From Wallemia ichthyophaga EXF-994 (lineage: Eukaryota; Fungi; Basidiomycota), in the NCBI RefSeq assembly GCF_000400465.1, contig NW_008806286.1, positions 263,865-295,864 on the forward strand: 32,000 nucleotides of DNA. Direction: 5' to 3'. The notes beneath the pieces were generated by a model. It saw nothing but the letters and a program-made list of their open reading frames with translations, made no database searches and had not been told where the DNA came from. Both the position numbers and the translations under genes were made by a program. How positions within the stretch are numbered: position 1 is the first letter of the stretch; each line of letters starts with the position of its first letter. Positions 13,423 to 23,656 of this stretch are shown here, in pieces.

Positions 13423-14424
13423 TTAACGACGTCTATTCCCACCCTGGCCATTCATAAGAATCGTAAGAATCCTGATAAAGAGGTTTATAAAGTTAAGTTC
13501 GAGGGAAATGGATTCATTGAGTGGGTCGTATGGGATAGGTGCACCACCCTCAATCATTCTAGCCTTTTGCAATATTCTCTGTGTATCGTAAAGCGTGAAT
13601 CCACCAAAGACGGCTAATCCACCGTAGAGACTGACGTTGCTAGCAGCATTAGCAACACCAGCGCCGACTCTAAACATTGGAATGAGGCTGGAGATCGCGA
13701 TAACGACGCATCCAGCGAGTAATGGGCCACCGAGATAGAGGTATGTGTCGTTCTTGCTGGTGGCGCCGACGTAGCTAAGACTGCCAATCACGCCAGCCGT
13801 GTAAAGGCCAGCTCTAACCATGAGAGCTGGTGGGGCGACATAGAGGAGTGGTGAGAGTGTGGCAGCCTGTGCGGCGTTGAACAGGAACCAGAAAGCAGTT
13901 TTTCCGCCCTTATTATCTGGCGCAGTCATCCTCATACCCATCAGAGATCCGATAGAGCCCACGAGCGAGATACCGGCGAAAGCCCATGGATTCATAGCCA
14001 TTAGTCTCGCTGTTACATTCGATCTGAACAGCCCGACGGAGAAGGCGGTGACGGTAGCGAGTCCTCCGCCAAGCCACGTGAATGTTTCGTTGAGATACTT
14101 GGCCTCGAATGGCGATAGACCGCCTTCGCGCGTCTCTCTATTCAGCACAAAGTGCGTTCCCAGTATCGTACCACCCACTGCGAGCGCTGCGGTTGCGTAC
14201 TTGCTTTTGGCTTCGGCGGATGTGCCCGATGTGCCCGTTCCTTGCTGCTGGTTGAACGTATAGCCAGCGCCACCACTACCGCCACCGCCACCGCCCATAC
14301 GCGGCAGAAGACGGCGTGTAGTGGTGTTAAAGCTGCGCTGGGGAATGCTGCTCTTCAGGCATCCAAATCCTCCCCGCTGCAGCTGTAGATTTTTACTTAA
14401 AGACTGTAATCCAACTTTAATCAT
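13423..14424 (-). CDS. Bax inhibitor-1/TMBIM family membrane protein, GHITM/MICS1-like, with presequence-like N-terminus, about 333 aa
   Basis: HFVLNRETREGG, multiple hydrophobic helices, YLYLGGPLLAG, LYGGLAVFGGFTLYDTQRI and SISLELNFINLFIRIL. Start placed at ATG 14424 (MIKVGLQSL). Confidence 0.88.
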   Translation of the reverse strand: MIKVGLQSLSKNLQLQRGGFGCLKSSIPQRSFNTTTRRLLPRMGGGGGGSGGAGYTFNQQQGTGTSGTSAEAKSKYATAALAVGGTILGTHFVLNRETREGGLSPFEAKYLNETFTWLGGGLATVTAFSVGLFRSNVTARLMAMNPWAFAGISLVGSIGSLMGMRMTAPDNKGGKTAFWFLFNAAQAATLSPLLYVAPPALMVRAGLYTAGVIGSLSYVGATSKNDTYLYLGGPLLAGCVVIAISSLIPMFRVGAGVANAASNVSLYGGLAVFGGFTLYDTQRILQKARMIEGGAPIPYDPLNESISLELNFINLFIRILTILMNGQGGNRRR

Positions 14425-14664
14425 GGCAGTTATGATGAAACCAATGACGAAATTTCTGGAAAGTTGCAAGTGGAAGAGTGAACTTTTTCACAATCAGAAA
14501 GGCAGAAACGATCAAATGTCTTTATGTGATGTGTACATGATGTATATGTGATTTCTGTATAGTCTATTATGTAATGCAATATGTGAAATGCAGTAAAATG
14601 CAGTTATCCAATGAAAAGCGCGAGAATCCGAGGTATTCAATCAATCAACCCATATACTCCTCAG

Positions 14665-16259
14665 CTACTCCCCAAACTTAGATCTAGCTCTAAAAGCCGG
14701 CCCTTTCCAAATAAGCACCCAGGGGACGAAAGCGAGGATAATTTGAACGACGCCCAGGATAGTGCAAGCCCAGCGTGGTCCAATGCTACCGTACATCTAA
14801 TGTATATGGTTAGTGAATGAGCATTTTACCCCGCAGACCCACCTTATTAGCAAAAAGAGGAAAAACAGCACCGAAGACACTGCGACACATCACCAGTCCG
14901 CTCAGCGCACTAGCAGCACTGATAGAGTAGCAGTCGTTGATGTAGCTGACCTGAGCGAGGTAGACCATGCACTGGGCGCTGTCTTTTGTCAGGCTATGCG
15001 GTGCGAGAAGGAAACGACGAAGCATCTACTCACGCTCCCCATAGTGTGCTGGCGACTATTGGCGACCACGGGCTGATCCACGGGTAGCTGGTCCACCCGA
15101 ACCTGTTTGTGGACTGTGAGACGAGACAGGCGCCGCCTGCATCTGCCACCTACCAGAAAAAGAAGACAACTCCAAACACTCCGCCAAGGCATGCGCCCTC
15201 GAGGCGAATCTCCGGCGGGGGCTTCTCCCCAGTCTCTTCCATCTTTTTCACGTAACGGCGATTGAAAAAGAGCGCAGTGACGAGCGCCGCGAGAGCGCTA
15301 CCAATAGACAGTGGCAGAAACGTCAGACCGCGCACGCCATTGCTCATGTCGTGTCCGCCCCGCTCGGCCGAGTAAACGAACTGAAAAGCTTCAAAGAGGA
15401 GATACTGGACACCGTACACGAAAGAGCTATAGAAGGAGAGAGCAGCGAGCATGGGCTCCCGCGCGAGCATGATGAAAGGTTTGGAGAAGATGAGTGAGGC
15501 TGTATCGGCGAGTCCCTTGCTAGTGAGCTCTTTGGGTGCGACGCAGTTGCTATCGCCTGCCTTGCGTCGCCGCTTTGCCTCGCGCGTCAGCAGCACAGGC
15601 TCGTACGTCTCCGGCAGCAGCACTAGAGCGGCGAGGGCGCAGCTTGCGCAGAAAATAGTCACCACCCAGAACACCCACCGCCACCCAACCCCGCTGTCGT
15701 GGATGAACCCACTAACTATCGGCGCTATGCTCGGTCCTAGGTATGGACAGCACGCGTATATCGCCAATGCTAGCTGCTTGTCTTTCGCTGTGAACATGTC
15801 GCCGATGAGTGGGCCGACGACTATGATCATACACCCGCCGAAGAACCCGGCAAAGAAACGACATACGTAGAGCGCGGCGGGTGTGTGTGCGAGTGCATCA
15901 CCTATGTTGAAGAGAGTGAGTATCCAGAGACAGGATATTAGCGTGTATTTACGGCCGAATGCCTCGCTCGCTGGTCCCCAAATTGGGCCGAGTACATAAC
16001 CGAGCATGTACAGACTGAGGCAGAGCGTGGCATCAATATCGTCGCTGAAATTGAACTCGGCCATTATGTCCTCGGCTATACCGGTTGTGCAGGCAGAGGT
16101 GAAAGCAGACGCAATGGCGATAACACCCGTGAAGACAGTCAGCGACCACCGCTTCCAGGCTGGCCAGAGCTTGGGTGATTTGTCACCGAGGCTGTCGATC
16201 AGAATGTATGGGTGCTGTTTCTCAGCGTCGAGGGATTCCTTAGGAATTGAAAAGGACAT
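14665..16259 (-). CDS. Major facilitator superfamily transporter, DHA1 (drug:H+ antiporter)-like, about 480 aa
   Basis: Exons 16259-15154, 15102-15034, 14978-14843, 14796-14665 (1443 nt). Motif A variant GPASEAFGRK; GWRWVFW, LPETY, PPPEIRL and CRSVFGAVFPLF. Confidence 0.92.
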
Positions 16260-16427
16260 TTGAATAATTCAAGTGACTTGGAATAACTTGAAATGACTTC
16301 AAATTCCAACGTTTGCTTCAATATTCCAAGTAAATTAATAATTCGGTCAAGTATCGGCTGCTCGTTTCGGACGACGTACCAACTTATCAACGAATCAGCT
16401 AAAGGGTTTATAAATAATTTTACATTT

Positions 16428-17040
16428 CTACCAATCTTTGTCGTCGACGAGTGTGATAGGGTTTTCTGGGGCAGTAGCAGGAGTATCACTTACTGCAGTT
16501 GGAATATCAGCAGAAACAGTCTTGTCAGGTTTATCAGGGATATCAGCCAAATCACTCCCAATTCCACTGTCACCAACCATCCTGCGCTTCTTAAAATCGC
16601 TATCGTCCTTGTCATTTGAAAGCCTCGTTTTTGCATCAGATTTGCCCAATTTCCGTTTATTTCTTCTATTCCTGTTCTTGGAGGTTTTATCGTTGGCCAG
16701 CTTCTCTCTCTCTAGTCTCCTTTGCTCGAAATCCCTGGCATTGGCTTCCTAGTGGGTGTATTAGCCGCGAATAACTCAACATCAGCAATCCCACCTCCAC
16801 TTTCTCCTCTTCCATGAGCTGTATACGGTCATACTCTCTCCTTCGCGATTGCTTGTATACGTGAAATTCACCACTGCCTGCACCTGCCGACGATCCTTGG
16901 ACGTGGGCGAACATTTCTCTCGCGGGCGCAATTTCCTTCTTTCTAGGTGCATCTGGTAATTCAACAGGCTTTGTGGGATCTTTGAGCAGTTTATTCAGCT
17001 CTTCCCGCTGTATTTGAGACGGATTTATGTTGTGGCTCAT
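16428..17040 (-). CDS. PRKRIP1-like (DUF1168) spliceosome-associated protein, about 188 aa
   Basis: Exons 17040-16795 and 16748-16428. Signature VQGSSAGAGSGEFHVYKQSRRREYDR; then a basic coiled segment KTSKNRNRRNKRK. Confidence 0.9.
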
Positions 17041-17089
17041 GAAGGTAGTACGTCAACAGAGTTTAGAGTATTCATCTTATCATCTTTAT

Positions 17090-18167
17090 CTACATTTCAT
17101 CTTGATGTTCAAACAGGTAGTTGGCTGCGAGATTCTCATCGCCTTCAAATGCAAGTAACGCCTGTGCAGACATTTCCCTTGTGAAACCCAACGCTTCTAA
17201 CCGTGAAACAGCCTCGCCCTGTTCTTCAGTGAGGTGTATAACCTGACCAGGACCTTCACTGTCTTCAAATTCACCATCGCCGCCTTCACCACTGAGTAAT
17301 TCCACTAATGCTTGTGGGTTTTGAGTCAATAACTGCGCCAATGTTGGATTTGATTGGGCTATCTCTTGTATAAGTGATTGTAACAATGCTGGGTTCTCTT
17401 GTGCGGCTTGAACTAGTTGAGCTAGTTGAGCTGGTTGTCCACCTGCAGTGCTATCTAATCCAGATGGTTGTGATTGAGCGGGTTGTTGTGTAGTAGCGGG
17501 AGTATTTTGCTGACGAGCTGCGTCAAAAAGGTTGAGAGGTGCTTGTTGTGATTGCCCTGATTGCCCTGATTGCCCTGATTGCTCTGGTTGCTCTGGCTGC
17601 TCTGTCTCACCTACACCCCCGGGAATACCGTTCATAAGATACTCAACTGCTCTCTCAGGGTTATTAAATGAAGCTCTCATTGCTTTCATAACCAAATCCC
17701 TATCAAAGCCCATCTCAACCATATTCCCAACGGCTGTTTCCAATTCAGAGCCCATAGCGAGGTTGTTACCGGGGGCCGAGGAGGATGGCTGGGGTTGTGA
17801 TTCTGGTTGTGTTTGTGTTTGTGGCTGTTCCGGTGCCTGTGCCTGCACCTGTCCCTCTGCTTGGGTTGCAGGTTCTTCCTTCTTAGGCGTGGGCTTTGGC
17901 TTGCTTACCATAACGACGAGAAAGTCCTTGTCCTTAATATCAAGACTCTCAATAGACCTATCGTCCGCTAATATTTTACCAGAGAAGATTAGTTTCTGTG
18001 TATCAACAGCGAAACCCTGATTATCGTGTATAAGCTGCTTGAGGGTGGCTATCTGGGTGAAATTTAGATATCTGTATAGATAATCCCAGTCCACTCACAG
18101 TCGCACCCAAATCAATTTCAATTTTGAATACTTTCTGTTGTAAAGTTTTTATAGTCAATTCCACCAT
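17090..18167 (-). CDS. RAD23: UV excision repair / ubiquitin shuttle protein Rad23 (UBL, UBA1, XPC-binding, UBA2), about 343 aa
   Basis: Exons 18167-18099 and 18052-17090. [28 protein letters not shown]; [26 protein letters not shown]; [16 protein letters not shown]. Confidence 0.96.
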
Positions 18168-18185
18168 GGTTGTATAGCTCCAACG

Positions 18186-19055
18186 ATGACTGCCATTAAC
18201 AAAAGGTCTTGCGAGGAACCTGATTCTGGTGATTCAATATCAAAGAAGCTAAATCCCAATTCTTCCGAGTTCGTTCCAAGGACCAAGCCAACCGCCCCTG
18301 AACTAAATCCACAACAACCACGTATCCCAAAGACTAAATCTGATAAGGAGAATGCTAGGAGGTTAATTGTCGTCTTGGAGAATGCTTGCTTGGAGACTTA
18401 CAAGCTTAGTACTGGTTCCTCTACTAGAAACGGTGAAGCCAAGTACGCGCTACTCAACTGCGATGAACATCAAGGAATACTTGCTAAAATGAAGAGAGAC
18501 ATTTCTGACGCTAGACCTGATATAACCCATCAATGTCTACTCACTTTGCTTGATTCCCCACTTAACAAGGCTGGTATGATGCAAGTTTTCATACATACAG
18601 CCCAAGGTGTATTAATCGAGGTTAATCCGCAGGTTAGAATTCCTCGTACTTTCAAGCGTTTCTCTGGTCTCATGGTTCAACTCCTACACAAGCTATCCAT
18701 CAGGTCTATGAATGGAAGTGAAAAACTTCTCAAAGTTATAAAAAACCCTATCACCGACCACCTACCCATCAATTGCCATAAGATTACCCTCTCCGGTGAC
18801 GCTCCTACCACCAAAATATCTGATTACCTACCAAGCATACCACAAGACAAGTCTATTTGTGTGTTTGTGGGTGCAATGGCGCATGGGTGAGTGGGGACAA
18901 GGCCTGTTCCATTATACTCACACCCCCACAGCCAAGATAACTTTGCCGATGCCGTCGTCGATGAAAAAGTCTCCATCTCGAATTACTCCCTGTCGGCTTC
19001 TGTCGCTTGTGGAAAATTTTGCACGACACTTGAAGATATTTGGGATGTCGTTTAA
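18186..19055 (+). CDS. EMG1: 18S rRNA pseudouridine N1-methyltransferase Emg1/Nep1 (SPOUT), about 274 aa
   Basis: Exons 18186-18886 and 18932-19055. [50 protein letters not shown] and [11 protein letters not shown]. Confidence 0.97.
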
Positions 19056-19159
19056 ACGTTCTATTCAACCTGTTCAACCTATAATTATTAATGCTCACCT
19101 CTTGTACTAGACGTGGATGACGCTCATCCGTCCTTTGAATTTCTTTTATCTAAACCATC

Positions 19160-20574
19160 ATGACATCATCCTGCCAGAAATGCCGTAAACGTATCAAATT
19201 CGATGAAAGTTTGGAAAATGTGGATAGTACAAGCCTTAGTATGATACAGAGCACTCTTAGCCAGAGTTATATAAATATATCCGATGCTGGTGATGGACGT
19301 GATACACGGGAGGCACATGACGCACGCAACTCAAATACCCCCGACTTGTCCACCCAGTCTCCCTCCGCTATACGTATCAAGCTTTTTGCTCTACTAAACA
19401 GCAACTCGGACATGAAACACCCACTCTGCGTCGATTGCGCTAACGTTGCTCTCCAGCTGCTTGCTGGTGAGTTGGATGACTTGAAGCGTGAGCGCGATGC
19501 GTACATGTCTTTTGACAGTCAAGCTGCACTTCTCCACAAGCAGTTTGATAAGAAAGACGATGACAATCGCAATGAAAAGGGTGACGATGACGATATCGAT
19601 AAGCACCATCTACTTGAGCAGGTTGGTTTCTTGGTCGATGCGTGGATTACTGTCTAACCAGTCCGCGCAGCTGCAAAGGGAGACGAGCGAGAAGAGCATG
19701 CAGCTCGATCGTCTCGAGGCGGAGAAGAGGGATATGGAGAGTGAGATGCACGCGCTAGCCGTCGAAGAAGACGCTCTAGAAGCAGAGGAGACGGCACACC
19801 TACGTCGTCATTCACTGCGTATACTGCAGCAGAAAGAATCTCAACAATCTGCCATTGCCTCCCAACACACCCTAGCCACCGCACAAAATGAACTAGATCG
19901 CCTAGAAAAGACTAATGTCTGGGCAGACGTCTTTCGTATTTCTTCCGATGGCGGTATTGGCACTATTTGCGGTCTAAGGCTAGGCAGAATTGATCAGAAT
20001 GTCGAGTGGAGTGAGATCAATGCGGCGTGGGGTCACGTAGCTTTTCTCCTCTACTCGGTCGCCAACAAGCTCCAATTTGAATTTAGCGGGTGGGTGAAAG
20101 TGGTTTGTAAATTGTGTATCGCGTTGCTTACACCTTATCGACCTGCAACTACAGCTCCAGGATAATCCCTCTCGGTTCTTACTCGCGGATAGAAAGGGCA
20201 ACGCAGACGCAGAACGGGGTTAAATGGGAGACACTTGAGTTGTGTGTACACTCAAGTCAATTTTATAACTACTAAATGATTATTATTACAGACACCACCC
20301 TGGCAGCGCCCTATCGATGCTGCATACCCGCCGATTCGATCAGGCTATGGTGACGTTCCTCGATATGCTTAGGCAGCTGGTGGATGACATTAGCGCGCGA
20401 GACACGTGCGTGCGCTGGCCATACAAAATTGGGCGTGAGAAGCTGGCTGATCACTCTATTCGCCTTCCCGGTCAATTCACAAGCGACAGGGCTGCGGAGG
20501 AGGAATGGACAAGGGCGCTGCGTGGGTTGCTGGGTACGTGCAAGGTACTTGTGCAGTGGGCGACGTCGGAGTAG
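19160..20574 (+). CDS. ATG6: Beclin-1/Vps30/Atg6, PI3K complex subunit, about 419 aa
   Basis: Exons 19160-19621, 19662 (or 19671)-20089, 20155-20241, 20292-20574. N-terminal CQKC, HPLCVDC, coiled coil, LEKTNVWADVFRI, GTICGLRLG, WSEINAAWG and WTRALRGLL. Confidence 0.93.
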
Positions 20575-20866
20575 GGAGAATGGGCTGTTAAGTTGTTGAG
20601 TCGTTGAGTTGTAGAAGTGAATATTTTCATTTGGATTGTCTCAAGTGGGAATACCGAGGATTGAGATATACAGCTTAACCGTAGGCTTATAGCTGGGTAA
20701 CCAACCACTTTTTATAGAAAAAGAATATTTATAACACGCCTATAAATAAATACCTTCTCTTGGCTGCGTATATCTTTGGAAATGCTTGGACAGCCGACGA
20801 CATAACTAGACAAGGTATTCAACACACAAACAGTCAAACGGTCGTTCCAAAGAAGAATTCGACTTA

Positions 20867-22246
20867 ATGTCACAAGACAAAGAGGACGTCGAATTTCAGC
20901 AGAGGGCGGTTACTGGTGGTGGTAGCCAGGAGAAAGACAGTAGCAACGACAGCAACGACAGCAACGACAGCAACAATAGTAACAGTAACAATATCAACAA
21001 CACCAATAACACCAATAACACTCATAGGAAACTCAGCAGACGCGAGAAGAAGTTCTACAAGTCACAGGACCAGCTCATCGAATCTTATTTGCACAACGAC
21101 AACGCGAGTACGCATACAAGCAACGACAACCTCCGAGTACAGCTGGCCATCTACGGTTCCATGGCAGCCGCCTTCTTCCTCACCGGTCTCCAGCTCTATG
21201 CGGCGATAAGCAGTCTCAGCTTGAGTTTCTTCTCGACGCTAATAAACACGCTATTCGACCCAATATCCAACATCCTCCTCGACTGGTTCTACAAGAAGTC
21301 ACTCAAGCTGAACAAGAACAAATGGCCCGATGGCGGATCGCGGCTGACGAGCATAGCCAATTGCTGTTTTAGCTTTATAATGATAATGGTCAACTTCTCC
21401 CTCATAGTTGAGTCTGTCCGCTCGCTGATAGTTGGCAAATCGAGTACGCAAGCGAGCAGCGAGAGCGGGGTGGTGAATGGGCTACACGTCCCCTCTATAG
21501 CAGCCGTAGGAGTGGCATTCCTCGTGAAGATAGTCCTCTTTGTCTACTGTGGGCTGTGCAAACACCTCAGCTCACAAGTGGAGATGCTTTTCATCGACCA
21601 TCGCAACGATCTCCCTGTGAACGGCTTCGGTATCCTCACCAGCGCCGGTGGCAGCGTGCTGCGATGGTGGATCGACCCACTGGGCTCGATTGTGATCAGC
21701 ATAGCCGTAATTACTGTCTGGATCGTTACTCTCGTCCGCCAGTTCAATTGTCTCGCCGGCGTAAGCGCTGTAGAGAAAGTACGCAAGCGCGTCCTCTACA
21801 AGACTATCAAACTCGATGCGAGGATAATGTATATCGACTCGTGCTACGTCTATCACTGCGGTCATGACCTAAATGTGAGAGTAGCTGTCGCGCTCGATCG
21901 ATCCACGCAGCTTCACTCGGCTCAACAACTCGCTCTTAACCTCCAGAACGAACTGCGGGGGATTGAGAATGTAAATGGGGTATTTGTGGAGCTATTAGCG
22001 GCGGAGGCAACCAACACAACCAACTTATTTCAACCACAGCATATCTTTATGCCATACGATCTCAGCACTATCGATGAGACGGAGAGTGGTAGTGCTAGCC
22101 GCACTCATAGCACTTCTAGTGGGCGGATTAGTCTGGAGACTGGATACCCCTCGCGCTCGGATGACTCAGTGCGCTCCTACAACTCTCAAGGATATACACA
22201 CAACCGCCTTACTCTCACACATCCACACCCTCATTCACTCGTTTAG
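20867..22246 (+). CDS. Cation diffusion facilitator (CDF) metal transporter, Mn-CDF/MTP-like, 459 aa, single exon
   Basis: Hydrophobic helices with LSLSFFSTLINTLFDPISN, KWPDGGSRLTSI, SSQVEMLFIDHRND and WWIDPLGSI; N-terminal Asn/Asp-rich low-complexity tract. Confidence 0.88.
   Translation: MSQDKEDVEFQQRAVTGGGSQEKDSSNDSNDSNDSNNSNSNNINNTNNTNNTHRKLSRREKKFYKSQDQLIESYLHNDNASTHTSNDNLRVQLAIYGSMAAAFFLTGLQLYAAISSLSLSFFSTLINTLFDPISNILLDWFYKKSLKLNKNKWPDGGSRLTSIANCCFSFIMIMVNFSLIVESVRSLIVGKSSTQASSESGVVNGLHVPSIAAVGVAFLVKIVLFVYCGLCKHLSSQVEMLFIDHRNDLPVNGFGILTSAGGSVLRWWIDPLGSIVISIAVITVWIVTLVRQFNCLAGVSAVEKVRKRVLYKTIKLDARIMYIDSCYVYHCGHDLNVRVAVALDRSTQLHSAQQLALNLQNELRGIENVNGVFVELLAAEATNTTNLFQPQHIFMPYDLSTIDETESGSASRTHSTSSGRISLETGYPSRSDDSVRSYNSQGYTHNRLTLTHPHPHSLV
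20940..21022 (+). repeat. Coding micro-repeats in the CDF N-terminus (SND x3, NNT repeats)
   Basis: agcaacgac three times, followed by aacaccaat-like units. Confidence 0.85.
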
Positions 22247-22347
22247 GACACCATAATACTGCATTGTTCACATTAGCATCGATATCAAATTCTTGTACAC
22301 TAAATTAATGGCTTACAATATTTACACGCTAATAACTAATATCACAT

Positions 22348-23626
22348 TTAAAGGCCATTGTTTGCGAGATTATCTGCAATCTCCATGTAGAAAGTCGCTG
22401 GTTTGTACTGAAGTGGGGGTTAAGTGTAAGCATGCACCATAGACACCACAAATTCCACTCACTTTTATAGCCCTGCCTGTGAGCTCAGACCAGGCATATC
22501 GAGCGTGATTCACCCACCCAACCAGATCAAGGTGGTTAGCGCCATCAATAGTGCCCATAAAATTACCCCATTGGGCGCTTCTCACCGAAACCAGTCCATC
22601 GTTTTCGCCCTCACGTTCAACAATCACGCTCCACGGATAGCGCCAAGTGTCGAAAATGCCTGGGTCGTGTCTAGCAGCATAACTAAAGTACTTGATAGTG
22701 GGGAGATTAGGAGTGTTTTTGTTGAAATGCTCCATCGCTCGCGTCGTCAATCCCTCAAATGCCTTTCCATCCCCGCTGAGCAGTGGAACTACACGGTTGG
22801 GCAGGTTGGAGAGTAGTGTCGGCAGACGGTGTCTTCCGATGACATCATCTATCATGTAGTCAGCAAACGTCGAGCCGCGATGAGGAGTGCTGATGGTGGA
22901 AATGGAGAGTATGTTGTAGCGTATTGGGTTTAGGTGGGATGCAAGATGACGACAGTCGAGACCACCCATAGAATGGGCTACGAGATTCACATCCCGTCCT
23001 GGAAAACTCGCGGCTATTTGTTCGTCGAGCACTTTAGCTCGATCTTGCACAGATGACGTTGCGGGGACTCTCGTCATCAACACCTCGACACCATTTTCCT
23101 CTAAAACCTCCTTTATCCCCCGCCAATGGGATATCTGCAGCGCCGGCATGTTCATCGGTCCGATTAGATCGAAGCCTAGTAAGCCATGGCAGAAAACGAG
23201 TGGGTTTTTGGGTATATTGTCTGTGCGTAGTGGTGTGAGAAAAATTTGGGTGAAAATGTCTCAGTTTAGAAACGCACATTTAGACTTTAGGTCGCCGTGC
23301 TTGCTTTGGATGGAGTTATCTGGAGTGTCTAAGTAGCGTTCCTGGGACTTTTGGGTTGTGGTTGAGGGAGTGAGCCAATCACGCCAACTAGCGGTGGGGG
23401 GAGACGGAGCAGCCAACTCTTTCAAGCGTGAAGCAGCATCTGAAGAAGAACGAGTACGTGTGGCTGGAGTAGAGTCTAGACTGAGGCTTGTGGTGGGTGA
23501 TAGGTTGGTCATGATGGATGCTGGAGGGGGGGAATGAGAGGAAGAGAGACCTGCGAAGCTCCGGCGTAGTTGATCGCGTCGGAGCATTTCATTTGAGTCT
23601 TCTGGGTTCTCCACTTGGTCGTTCAT
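22348..23626 (-). CDS. TGL2: Tgl2-like triacylglycerol lipase (alpha/beta hydrolase), about 388 aa
   Basis: Exons 23626-23278, 23220-22463, 22407-22348 (1167 nt). Oxyanion PLVFCHGLLGF, nucleophile elbow AHSMGGLDCR, ENDGLVSV (Asp) and NHLDLVGW (His). Start could be ATG 23626 or 23587. Confidence 0.85.
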
Positions 23627-23656
23627 CCGATACCGCCAACAGCCAACACCACCAAG

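Noticed and set aside
13314-13451. 46-codon hydrophobic N-terminal extension of RRP45 in the ORF track, starting inside the GHITM-like CDS
   Set aside because: Rrp45 similarity begins at MPRKLE (13313). The extension is the pyrimidine-rich intergenic tract read in frame, and its ATG lies within the upstream gene.
15451-15870. 139-aa plus-strand ORF
   Set aside because: Antisense shadow of the GC-rich MFS exon.
17532-18020. Cys-rich ORF with [10 protein letters not shown] (metallothionein-like look)
   Set aside because: It is the reverse complement of the RAD23 GQS/PEQ linker repeats.
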